64,000 bases of DNA from Octopus vulgaris (Eukaryota), in assembly GCA_951406725.2 (NCBI GenBank), contig OX597816.1:174840001-174904000 (forward strand), written 5' to 3'. Positions 14,286 to 25,656 of this stretch are shown in pieces; positions within the stretch are counted from its first letter, which is position 1, and each line of letters begins with the position of its first letter. The translations under genes and the position numbers were made by a program. Under the pieces are notes generated by a model that was given only the letters and a program-made list of their open reading frames with translations, did no database searches and was not told the DNA's origin.

Positions 14286-14917
14286 CCATCTGTAAATTGA
14301 ATCCAACTCCTGCTGCAGGTTTGCAACATCGCTGGGGTTCTGTATTTTCTGCGAGACTTTCGTATCATCTGCATAGCTTGCAACGGTGGCTATCCAGGCA
14401 TTTGCGGGCATATCTGAGAGGGCCACTATAAAATGCTGGAAAACTTGGAGTGTGGTTACATGACTTCCTGAAAGATAGGAGTCAGGCAGTAGTGGTTAAT
14501 GGAGCCACCTCTATGAACACACAAATAGTGAGTGGTGTTCCACAGGGCACTGTCTTGGGACCACTGCTTTTTATAGTGGCCCTCTCAGATATGCCCGCAA
14601 ATGCCTGGATAGCCACCCTTGCAAGCTATGCAGATGATACGAAAGTCTCGCAGAAAATACAGAACCCCAGCGATGTTGCAAACCTGCAGCAGGAGTTGGA
14701 CTCAATTTACAGATGGGCTGAGGATAATAATATGCAGTTTAATGCTGAACAATTCCAGGCCCTGTGCTGCCATCATCCAAAACTGAATATGAAACTTACA
14801 GGGTACACCGGTCCGCAGGGAATTTCAATCCCAGAGTCTAAGTCAGTAAGGGACCTGGGTATCGACATGAGTGATGATACCTCTTTCCAAGTGCACATTA
14901 CCAGGATGGCGACAAGG
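14286..14917 (+). mobile_element. Internal CR1-group RT fragment with an inverted 148-bp duplication
   Basis: SGVPQGTVLGPLLF, YADDTKV, VRDLGI in ORF 14450..14920; 14286-14433 is the reverse complement of 14569-14716. Confidence 0.85.
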
Positions 14918-15091
14918 TGAAGTGAGATATTAGACTAAATCAATTGAAGATCAGACAACAGACTCAGTAGTTGTCAATTTGTATTCTGTCATTTGTAACT
15001 TCAACACAAGAAAGTCTGGACTTTTACTCATCATACCATGGAAGGACAAATCTTTCAATTTACAATTTAACATAGTGGAGTATTTAATATA

Positions 15092-15256
15092 TCTTCTCTA
15101 TATATAAAACTGAAATGCGTTTGGACCGCTTGGATCGCTTTCAAGGCCACTACATCCCGTCGGATTGACTCCAAAATTTACAGGGACATGTAAAATGAGG
15201 TGACGATGCCCGTGGGCTACATTAGAAATCCCTATCTTAAAAGGTGTCGTTGCTAG
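15092..15256 (+). mobile_element. Possible short non-autonomous Helitron
   Basis: A|TCTTCTCTATATATAAAACTG...GCTAG|T termini; no clear subterminal hairpin. Confidence 0.4.
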
Positions 15257-16530
15257 TTATTGTCCTGGAATAAAATGAAATATTTTTCCAGCAGGCATAA
15301 ATCACATTTGATGGGTCTTTCATGTGCACCATGCCTGTAAGGTGCTGCTCTATCCAAAATACTCCATGTCATGTTGAAAGCTCGGGCTTCTTTTTCTTTT
15401 AATTCCCAGACATACTTAGCCAGGCTGATCTTCATCCTATTTTCGGGGTATCTGAAGGAATTTTTATGTGAATAATATCGGGTTTTGAAAGAATTTTCAG
15501 AAGCCCCTGTATAAGTTCTATATTCGTGTGAGCCTCCTATCTGCACCTTGGCTCCTTTCTCCAGACATTTTCCTTCCAATGGACAGGAAGAGCCATCTTT
15601 GCAATTACAATTTTTAAGAAGAGAATCGGCACTATGATTATTAACAATTATCTACTCTTGTGTTGGTTAATAAAAGAGGCAAAGTTTTTTGCAACAAGAA
15701 TAGCTGATCTTAAGCATTCTTCTATTAAATATTCTATAAAACTTATAGTCAGGTTGAAAATGTATAGAGACTAATTCTAATAATTCCCTACCTATATTTG
15801 TTTTTATGGCCATATTGAAAGCTGGGTTAAACCACAACTTTCCTAGTCCTACATGTAGCATTACTGCTAGCATTAAGTTGGTTATACTGGATTTTCTCAG
15901 AGTATCAAATATTCCTTAATGCGTTATTGTAATAAGGTCCGGCATTTTGGAATGCTGCCTCATCCGAAGAAATTGATGATATTCATCTACCTACATTACT
16001 AAGTTCCTAAGAATAACTGGCAGATGATTGAATTCTTTGCTAATATATGATAGCTTGTCATTAGGCTTACGGTAAGGTTTAAATCTATCCGACCTTATAT
16101 TCAAATTTACATCTAAAAAATCTACACTTTTCAGGTTAGTATCTATCGTAACCCATTTGCCCATCCTTTGGAAGAAAGCAATAAGATCCTTCCTAAGCTT
16201 ATCTGATTCATGGCCGTTTAAATTATAGGTGGCTATAAGGCCGTCATCCCTATATAATCCTGCATCTATAAACGGGAATTCTAGTTTTAGATTATGAAGA
16301 ATATAGGCTCCTATGAGCATACATAACTCAGCCCCATCGTATGCCCCTATCGGTACATCAAAAAGAGAATCCTCACTCTCCTTAACCTAGGTAGAATCCT
16401 CATAAAAAATAAGTGATTTCCTCGCATGTATGATAATATCACTTTTTGAGTTATCGATGTTGACATACTGCTTGGCGAAGTCTTATGCTTTTAGGAGTAA
16501 AGGCCTAGATATTGACAGGTAGAAGTCAAT
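15257..16530 (-). mobile_element. Penelope-like element fragment (RT + GIY-YIG), decayed
   Basis: GLYRDDGL, VDFLDVNL, WFNP, CPLEGKCL, YTGASENSFKTRYYSH, CDLCLLEK. Confidence 0.85.
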
Positions 16531-16876
16531 ATTACACACACACACACACACACATTCTCAGCTTCATATATATAGATGACTCGGAAGTTTTGTTCCTCTT
16601 CAATTACAATTTCTGCAACCGAATACACATCGTTGATTGGTTGAAATTACCCAAATACCACAACTTTAACACGGAAAACTTCTAAAATACCAAATTTTGT
16701 CAAAAATGTTCAAAGTAAACCGTGTTCTACCTGTGACATTCCACCTGTATATGAAGTTTCAAACTGTTTAGTTAAAAAAAAATTAATTAAAAAATTGAAC
16801 AGGTCCAGAAGAGTATATTCTTTGTGCATCAATTTAAAAATAGAAATTGATATTAATCCTTTTCTTTTTTTCAAAG

Positions 16877-16960
16877 GCTGATATTTTTTCATTTGGAATA
16901 ATCCTTTGTGAAATAACAGCCAGAATAGATGCAGATCCTGATATTTTACCAAGGACTGAG
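16877..16960 (+). CDS. TESK: TESK-family kinase exon (subdomain IX)
   Basis: tcaaag|GCT...GAG|gtaaga; ADIFSFGIILCEITARIDADPDILPRTE; 84 nt. Confidence 0.93.
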
Positions 16961-17649
16961 GTAAGATTAATCTTAATCCCTTTATCTAACAAGTGAATCA
17001 ACTAGTGAATTGTTAAAGTAATAATCTCACTAATCACAATGCCAAAAATAATGTTTTTGTTTTTATCTGTTATAAAAAATTTTACGGTTAAAAAACTCTG
17101 CAGATGTCATGTGACAACTGCTGTTACACAGCTGGAAGAATGTTATGAGAATGGCAGAGTTGCTAATTCAAGAAAAGGTTATAAAGTCAATTGCTCAGTT
17201 TCAAGGTAACATGTTTTCAGACAGTAAAATGTTGACATTTGACTAAAATGGTTTTCACCTCTCTCTTTATATTACTGCAAGAGAAAGAATTAATAGGCAT
17301 TACTGCTAGGGTTGTAGCTTAAATTTATGTTAGGATCTCATATTTAACCATGTGACAGTACTAATCATGATCATCATAATTTTGTCTGCTTTTTCTGGCC
17401 TAGCTTTGACAAAACTACTTGGGACAGAGGCAGATGTCCTTCATTATGTCATCCCCACCTATATTTTTTAAGATACTTTATTCAGTCTCTTTGCATGTCA
17501 AATCTCTAAAGGACATTTTGTTTGTGAAAAATATAAACAATATGACTTCTGCTGGAGTGGTATCAGTGCCACACATACACTTGCTATATATATGGACAAA
17601 ATCAAAAGCAAACTCGATGAACATTAATGGAATTTGTAGTTTTGTGGTA

Positions 17650-18030
17650 CCAGTGCTGGTGGCACACAAGAAAACCATCCGAACGTGGCCGTAGCCAGTA
17701 CCGTATTGACTAGCCTCCGTACTGGTGGCACGTAACAAAAACCATCCGATCGTGGCCGTGTCAACCTTGCCTGGCCTCCGTGCCAGTGGCACGTAAAAAA
17801 CACCATCCGAGTGTGGCCGTTTGCCAGCCTTGTCTGGCACCTGTGTCGGTGGCACATAAAAAGCACCCACTACACTCACGGAGTGGTTGGCATTAGGAAG
17901 GGCATCCAGCTGTAGAAACACTGCCAGATCTGACTGGCCTGGTGCAGCCTTCGGGCTTCCCAGACCTCAGTTGAACCGTCCAACCCATGCTAGCATGGAA
18001 AGCGGACGTTAAACGATGATGATGATGATG
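17650..18030 (+). mobile_element. Non-autonomous RTE-related repeat (family C) with 4 tandem ~63-bp 5' units and (GAT)n tail
   Basis: GGC(G/A)TTAGGAAGGGCATCCAGCTGTAGAAA motif and ...GGACGTTAAACGATGATG end; other copies at 19633-19808, 20961-21110, 22180-22360 (-), 23025-23310 and 41422-41569. Confidence 0.7.
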
Positions 18031-18413
18031 ATAGGCGCAGGAGTGGCTGTGTGGTAAGTAGCTTGCTAATCAACCACATGGTTCCGGGTTCAGTCCCACT
18101 GCGTGGCATCTTGGGCAAGTGTCTTCTGCTATAGCCTCGGGCCGACCAATGTCTTGTGAGTGGATTTGGTAGACGGAAACTGAAAGAAGCCTGTTGTATA
18201 TAAGTGTGTGTGTATATGTTTGTGTGTCTGTGTTTGTCCCCCTAGCATTGCTTGACAACCGATGCTGCTGTGTTTACGTCCCCGTCACTTAGCAGTTCGG
18301 CAAAAGAGACCGATAGAATAAGTACTGGGCTTACAAAGAATAAGTCCCAGGGTCTGGTGCTCCAGCATGGCCACAGTCAAATGACTGAAACAAGAAAAAG
18401 AGTAAAAAAGAGT
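18031..18413 (+). mobile_element. tRNA-derived SINE family A
   Basis: Head GGCGCAGGAGTGGCTGTGTGGTAAG...GGTTCAGTCCC; tail CCAGCATGGCCACAGTCAAATGACTGAAACAAG. Confidence 0.85.
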
Positions 18414-18805
18414 ATATATGGGGGGGGGAGGACTCTCTTGTGGAAGACATTGTATGAGTGTTCAGCTTTTTTTACTCAATGACCTGCACAAATGAATTGT
18501 TTCTAGTGATCAAATGTATGTGCTGTACATTAGCTCAGTCCCTCCATCAAATCAATGTTGCCTGAACCGATGATGCATAGTATGCCACACATCAGGTGTC
18601 AAAGTGGTTGCAGAGCAACATGTGATGAAGTGTTTTGCTCAAGAATGCAATGCACCACTCAGTCTAGGAATTGAAACCACAATTTTACAATCATGGATGC
18701 AACACCCTAATCACTAGGCCATGTATCCTCACTTGCTATATATATATATATTTTTTCTAGTTTCAGCTCAGAGCTGCGGCCATGCTGATGCACCGCCGTT
18801 TAAGA

Positions 18806-19092
18806 ACAGATGTTGTTACACATCGCTGGTCACAATGCATTTCGCATTGTTTTAGCCTTCGAATGACGCCACCCCGCTGGCTAAGCGAGCAAGCCAACAG
18901 AAGAAAGAGTGGGAGAAAGAGTGGTGAAAGAGTACAGCAGGGATCACCACCCCCTGCCGGAGCCTCGTGGAGCTTTTAGGTGTTTTCGCTCAATAAACAC
19001 TCACAACGCCCGGTCTGAGAATCGAAACCGTAATCCTGCAACCGCGAGTCCGCTGCCCTAACTGCCCTAACCACTGGGCCATTGCGTCTCCA
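18806..19092 (-). mobile_element. tRNA-derived SINE family B
   Basis: Near-identical to 8762-9060. Confidence 0.85.
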
Positions 19093-19963
19093 ATGGATGT
19101 TGCCATATTCAATTGTCCAAATTTTGATTATAATATTCCATTATTACTTCATCATCATCATCATCATCATCCAGCGTTTTAAATCCAGGTTTTGTCCCCG
19201 TTAACAGGGGTGGCCAGATCTACCTCACTGCAATAGCAACTTCCCTCACACCATCTCACCTGGTTTTGGGTGTCCTCCCTCTCAAGCCAACCCTCCTAAT
19301 CTCCTCCCCCACCTGTCCTCCCATGTTTTCCTTGGTCTACCTCGCTTTTGCGGTCCATTTAACTCAAACTCAAGTGTCCACCTCAGAACATGATCCGCCA
19401 TACCACCTCACTCCATTCACCCTTGCCAGCTGTTCCACCGATTCCTCCAACCCCAGCATCCCCATCATGTCCTCAGTCCTCCTCTTATTATCAAACAGTG
19501 TTATGCTCCATGAAAAAGAGTGATTTTACAACAGTGATAAGTGACCGAGACCTTTGGAAATATACAGTGCTGGAGAAGATCTATCAAGCCAAGTGAGGTT
19601 GTAGTCGTGACCAATGCTGGTATTACATTACTGGCATGTAAAAAGCACCCACTACTCTCTTGGAGTGGTTGGTGTTAGAAAGGGTATCCAGCCGTTGAAA
19701 CCTTGCCAAATCAGACCGGAACCTGGTGCAGCTCCCCAGCTTACCAGTTTTCAGTGAAACCATCCAACCCATGCCAGCATGGACAATGTACGTTGAATGA
19801 TGATGATAATACTCTTCTTATTAAAATTATGTGTATGTCATCAAAAATATCAACAATTTTATTAATGATAGAAAATAATGCATCAAAACAATGGGGGAAG
19901 CTATATGTCAGCAACCAAGTAAATACGCATGGAAGTGCTTGAGTCAAACCCAAGATGCTAGAC

Positions 19964-21235
19964 AAGTTTAAGAGATACAGGGAAGAAGTTCAACTCAGGT
20001 AGACTATGATTGGTGTCTTCATATACGGATTTAATAAAAAGAATTGTCTAAAACATATATTAATACATTCAAAATATAGAGTTATAGAAATATAAAAATA
20101 TATATGAATGTTAAAAATATGCAAGGACAAATATATATATATACATATATAAATATAATGGAGTATAGATAAAAATATAGACATTTTGTTTGTTTTAAAA
20201 GAGTTTTTTAGTACCATATTTAAATGAAAAGAAGTATTCCTATGATTGTTTCAAGGGTTCATTCCAAGAGTACGTGAATCTTATGATTATTGCCACTTGG
20301 TTATAATTTTAAGAAATAAAAAAACTCCCACCTGCCCTCTTAATAATTTCCATAACATGTACGTTTCTTAGATAAAACATAAATTAACACCTCCAAAACA
20401 CATTTCTGGTGCAAGCACTATTCTTTTTTCCCTTGAAGTGAATCGTAAGGTTCACATGTACTCTCAGAATGAACCCTTGGAACGATCGTGGGAATACTTC
20501 TTTTCATTTAAGTATGGTACTAAAAAAACTCTTTTTAAACATTTATTACTCTCTGCATTCCATAATCTTTAAACAAAATGTCTTTATATACATTTTATTA
20601 TTCTCATCTTTATTTTTATCGAGATGTACTTGCATAGCAAGTGACCTGATCTGAGATCGTGTGCTGGAACGAAAACAGTTGCAGCGTGGAAGGTGCTTAT
20701 AAGCCATTTAAGAAACACAAAAACCATTAGATTCACTTCAACATTTAAATTTAATTTGCCAAAATATTTTCGTTACTTTGAGACCACGACCTGTTCACTG
20801 ACAAAATTCCATGCTTATGTTTCTTAAATGGGTTATAAATCACCTTCCACGCTGCAATTGTTTTCGTTATATTTTTATCTATACTCCTTTATATTTATAT
20901 ATGTATATGTTTATTTGTCCTTACATATTTTTAACATTCATATATATTTTTATATTTCTATACACTCATGGAGTGGTTGGCGTTAGGAAGGGCATCCAAC
21001 TGTAGAAACATTGCCAGATCAAACTGGGCCTGGTGCAGCCTTCTGACTTCCCAGACCCCAGTTGAACCGTCCAACCCATGCTAGTGTGGAAAGCGGACGC
21101 TAAACGATGAAACAATAACTCTTATATTTTGAATGTGTTAATAGATGTTTTAGAGAATTCTTTTTATTAAATCTGTATATGTATACACCAGTTGTAGTCT
21201 GCCTGAGATGAACTTCTTCCCTGTATCTCTTGAAC

Positions 21236-21237
<2 letters not shown>
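19964..21237. repeat. Long interrupted inverted repeat (foldback structure)
   Basis: 19964-20287 is mirrored by 20441-20541, 20869-20962 and 21117-21237. Confidence 0.8.
20755..20805 (-). ncRNA. Minimal type I hammerhead-like motif, G3:C8 variant (stem II decayed)
   Basis: uuuguca GUGAACA g gucgu-ggucucaaa-guaac GAAA auau UU uggcaaa. Confidence 0.55.
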
Positions 21238-21268
<31 letters not shown>

Positions 21269-22559
21269 GTTATGGTAAATAAATCTCAACTGTTTCCTCT
21301 TGAAGCACATCTGGTTATTCCATTATTGCAATCCAATATGTAGTCTCAGTTGCTGTTGTATGTTAGCTTAAAATACATGTTAAAATTGAGAATTATGGAA
21401 ATATTATTTGCAGATTTATTGTATAACCAGAGAGGACGTTAGAAAGCTTTTGATATCATTTATCCATCATTACACGTTTCATTTGCTAATAGGAATTTTA
21501 AAAATTTACATGTTAGATCGATATGTTAGGAATTTCCTGTTAGAAATTCTTATATTTGGATGAAGTGTTTTTATTTAGATAGCAATTAGGGACTAGTGGT
21601 GAGGAAAGAAAATAGAGAGACACTCACATACTGTGTGTGTGTGTGTGTGTATCTCTCTTTTCTTCCCTCATCAACACTATTTTTACTACTCCTGATTACT
21701 ATCTAAACATAAATGCTGAGTCAGCATGTACAGAAGTGGGGATCTATTACATGATAATGAAAGATTCTGACAAGTGACCATCTACTCTAACCACTGAGTA
21801 AATGTTGCTATACATTGCAGTGATCCAGCCTTTGAAGATGAGACTGAAACCAGCTGCCAAGCATTGGTGGTTGATACTAAAAAGCTTTTAATGGACCTAA
21901 ATTGATTAGGACCCCACCCGTATCAGATTCTTTACCCACTCTTTCTATGATTTTATCGCGTGAGCTGGAGGTTATCATAGATAAATATATCTAGTATGGC
22001 ACATGTCTGTGCCTCTCCCTAGGCCAGCAATTTTTGAGAGGAGGAGAAGTTGATTATGTCAACCCTAGTACTTGATTGGTGCTTTATCTTATCCATCTGA
22101 AAAGTTGGCCTCAGCAGAATTTTAGTTTAGAATGTAAAGAACCAGAAAATCATCATTACCACTACCATCAACATCATCATCATCATCTTTTAGGACCTGT
22201 TTTCAATGCTGGTATGAGTTGAACAGTTTGATAGAAACTGACCGCTTGGAGAGCTCCCCAAGTTCTAATTGTCCATTTTGGAATGGTTTCTATGGCTAGA
22301 TGCCCTTCCCAGTGCCAACCACTTCACAGGGTGTATGGATGCTTTTACATGGCACCAGAACAGGCACTTTTATGTGGAACTATCATGAACACTTTTATAG
22401 AACCGATATGGGAACTTTTCCATAGCCCTGGTATGGGTGGTTTTATGTGGCCTTGCATGGATGCTTTTGCATGGCACTGGCACGAGTGCTTTTACATGAC
22501 AACCATCACCTACAAGCCCTCAAGACAAGGATTTTTTGGCTGAAGAGAGGAAAGTGGAT

Positions 22560-22915
22560 GATACGCCTGTATATATGGACGGCCACAGTTTTACTTAGCT
22601 TCACATGCACTGCAAACTCCTAGAAGTCTCAATCCCTTGTCATCTCTGTGAGACCCAATGTCTGAAGATCCTTTCTCACTATGTTGTTCCACATCTTCCT
22701 GGGTCTACCCCTTCCACAGCTTCTCTCCACAATTAGAGATCAGCACTTCTTTATGCATCTGTACTCATCCATATGCATCATATAATCCTACCAGCACCGT
22801 CATCTCCCTTGCACACTACATGTGATTCCTCTTAGGCCCAATTTTTCTCTTTAGTCATTTACACTCTGTTGTACATGAACAACTGTATATTACCCATCCA
22901 GCGGAATATACTGGC
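22560..22915 (-). mobile_element. RTE LINE 3' fragment, decayed
   Basis: Minus-strand remnant ...CIKKC*SLIVERSCGRGRPRKMW, typical of the RTE ORF C-terminus. Confidence 0.65.
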
Positions 22916-23024
22916 TTAATTTCTTTTAAGCCTTTGCATGTCCTCTATAGTCATAATCCATATTTCACAATAACTAAAAATGGTTTCAGATATTGGCATA
23001 AGGCCAGCAATTTTTAGAGAGAAG

Positions 23025-23310
23025 GCCGATGCCAGCGCCGCCTCGACTGGCTTTCGTGTCGGTGGCACGTAAAAAGCACCATCCGAATCGTGGCCGAAGC
23101 CAGTGCCGCCTGGCACCTGTGCAGGTGGCACGTAAAAAGCACCCACTACACTCACGGAGTGGTTGGCGTTAGGAAGGGCATCCAGCTGTAGAAACACTGC
23201 CAGATAAGACCGGAGCCTGGTGCAGCCTTCTGGCTTCCCAGATCCCCGGTTGAACTGTCCAACCCATGCTAGCATGGAGAACGGACGTTAAACGATGATG
23301 ATGATGATGA
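23025..23310 (+). mobile_element. Family C RTE-related repeat
   Basis: Same body and (GAT)n tail as 17650-18030, with two 5' units. Confidence 0.75.
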
Positions 23311-24000
23311 AGGTAAATTGATTGCATCAACCCCAGTGCTCCACTGGTGCTTGGTTAGTTTATTGATCCTGAAATGATAAAAGCAAAGTTGACTTCGACA
23401 GAATTTTAACTCAGACAAATAAAATGCTACTCAGTCTTTTGCCTGGTGTGCTAACAATTCTGCCATCTCACTGCCTTAATGATAATCCTTTCTGCTATAA
23501 GTACACAGCCTGGAATTTGAGGGGAGGGGAATAGTTGATCACCTCGACCCTAATACTTGACCAGTATTTAATTTATCAACCCTGAAAGGATGCAAAGCTA
23601 AGTCAACCTCAGCAAAGTTTGACCCCAAAATGTGAAGATGGACAATATGCCTCTAAGCATTTTTCCCAGCATCCTAATGATTCTGTCAGCTTGCCATCTT
23701 AACAATAGTAATTCTTTCTATTATAGGGACAGGGCCACAGACTTTGAGGGCAATGGTTTAATCAATACCAACAACTCACTACTTGTTTGGTATATTATTT
23801 TATTAACCCCATAGGGACGGAAAGTAAAATTGACCTGAGTGGGATTTGAACTCTGGATGTAAAGAGCTAGAACAAATACTGCAAAGCATCTTTCCAATGC
23901 TCTAACAATTCTGTCAGCTTGTTGCTTTTCAATTGTTTCTGATTTCAGCACAAGACCTGCAGTTTTGAAGGAAGTGTATTAGTCAGTACCATTGACCCTT
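23311..24000 (-). repeat. Head-to-tail cluster of decayed SINE copies
   Basis: Recurrent aaggatgaaaggcaaagt(c/t)gac...gaatttgaactc...ctaac(a/g)attctg core about every 190 bp; same body as 3041-3273 but a different tail. Confidence 0.65.
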
Positions 24001-24003
24001 GTA

Positions 24004-24924
24004 TTGGGTCATCCCATAAATAGTGCGGTTCTTTCAATTGCATGGACAAAAGTTGGAGGGGGACAGGATAAACTACCTACGTCAACTTGCTATAAAAGCA
24101 GGTAGTCATTTTACCTTGTACTTATTCTTAGTGCAAGTTTTGAAGAGTGCAGTTCGATTTCAACAGTTATTTTTTCAAAGCTATAATGGAAGTGACAAAG
24201 GAGCATATTCAGCATATTTTGCTTTATGAGTTCAAAAAAGACAACAATGCAACAGAAAGTGTGAGGAATATTAATGCAGTATATGGGGATTGGACAATAA
24301 GTGTAAGCCAGTGTCAACGGGGGTTCCAGAAATTCTGAGCCAGAAACTACAGCCTAGAAGACGAGCCTTGTCTGGAAAGATCTGTAGAGCTTGACAAGGA
24401 CATCCTGCAAACCCTGGTGGAACAAAATCCCATCGTAACTGTTGAAGAACTAGCAGAGAAGCTTGGATTTGGTCATTCAACCATTCATCAACCGTGCCAT
24501 CAGAAAATTACCATCTTTGGTTTCAAAACGAAAGGTGTTCTTCCATCAGGATAATGCTCAGCCACATACAGTGAGGATGACATTCCAAAGGCTGGAGCAG
24601 TTTGAATGGGAAACGATGCCCCACCCACCATATTCGCCAAACATTGCCCCATCTGATTAATCATTTATTCTGCAGTCTTCAAAATCATTTGGGTAGAAAA
24701 AATATGAATTCTGTAGACGAGGTCAGAACAGTACTGGAGGAGTATTTTTAGTCATGGACAAGTGAATTTTGTAAGAGGGGCCTTGCAAGTCTACCAGATA
24801 GATGGAAGAGCATTGTAGAAAATGAAGGAGAGTATATTTTAGATTAAAAAGGAACTTTTTTTATCTTAATTTTGAAAAATAAAAGAAGTGTAAAAAAAGC
24901 CATATTATTTATGGGATGACCCAA
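24004..24924 (+). mobile_element. Internally deleted mariner transposon
   Basis: TA-flanked TIRs TTGGGTCATCCCATAAATA / TATTTATGGGATGACCCAA; HILLYEFKK, HQDNAQPH, HPPYSPNIAPSD. Confidence 0.92.
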
Positions 24925-25569
24925 TACTTAAATGTTATTTATCTTATTGGCCCCAAAAAGATGAAAGGCAAAGTTGAACTCAGAAAGTAAAGGGTTATAA
25001 TTAGAGACTATAAGACATTTTGGTTGATGCCCTGACAATTATGCTAGTCCACAACTCTCCTAATGATCTTTTTTTACATAGGCACAAATCCAGGAATTTA
25101 TGTGATGGAGGTAGTTGATTATATTAACTTAAGTGCTTGATTAGTATTTCAGCAGGATTTGAACCATGATTGTAATAAGTTGTATCTAAGTACAGTTAAG
25201 GCATTTAACATTCTAATGATTCTGCCAAATGACTTCTAATATCAAATACTAATAATTAATAAATAGTATGTTTCTCTCTATTTCGAATGCCATGTGCTGA
25301 CCATGTAATAACTTCTGATGCTGTATAGATGTGCCAACAGTAAAATATTGCTTACACATCGAAGATGGATTTCTTTTTGACATCGTTTCTTTGTTTTGTG
25401 GATTAACTTTAGAAAATTTTAAGAAGTGTAGATTTTATCAAGAGAATATTGATTTTATTTCAAACAATCAGGAAAAATCTATCTAAATGCATTAAAATTT
25501 CAAATATGACAATGTTATATTGATTGGAAACTGTCCCTAATCAGTAATTTTTGTTTTTTTAATTTTTAG

Positions 25570-25656
25570 AACTTTGGTCTAGATTACATTGCATTCAGTG
25601 AAATGGTTGAATATTGTCCATTAGATTTCTTACACTTGGCATTCAGATGTTGTCAG
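25570..25656 (+). CDS. TESK: TESK-family kinase exon (subdomain X-XI)
   Basis: ttttag|AAC...CAG|gtaaga; NFGLDYIAFSEMVEYCPLDFLHLAFRCCQ; 87 nt. Confidence 0.92.
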
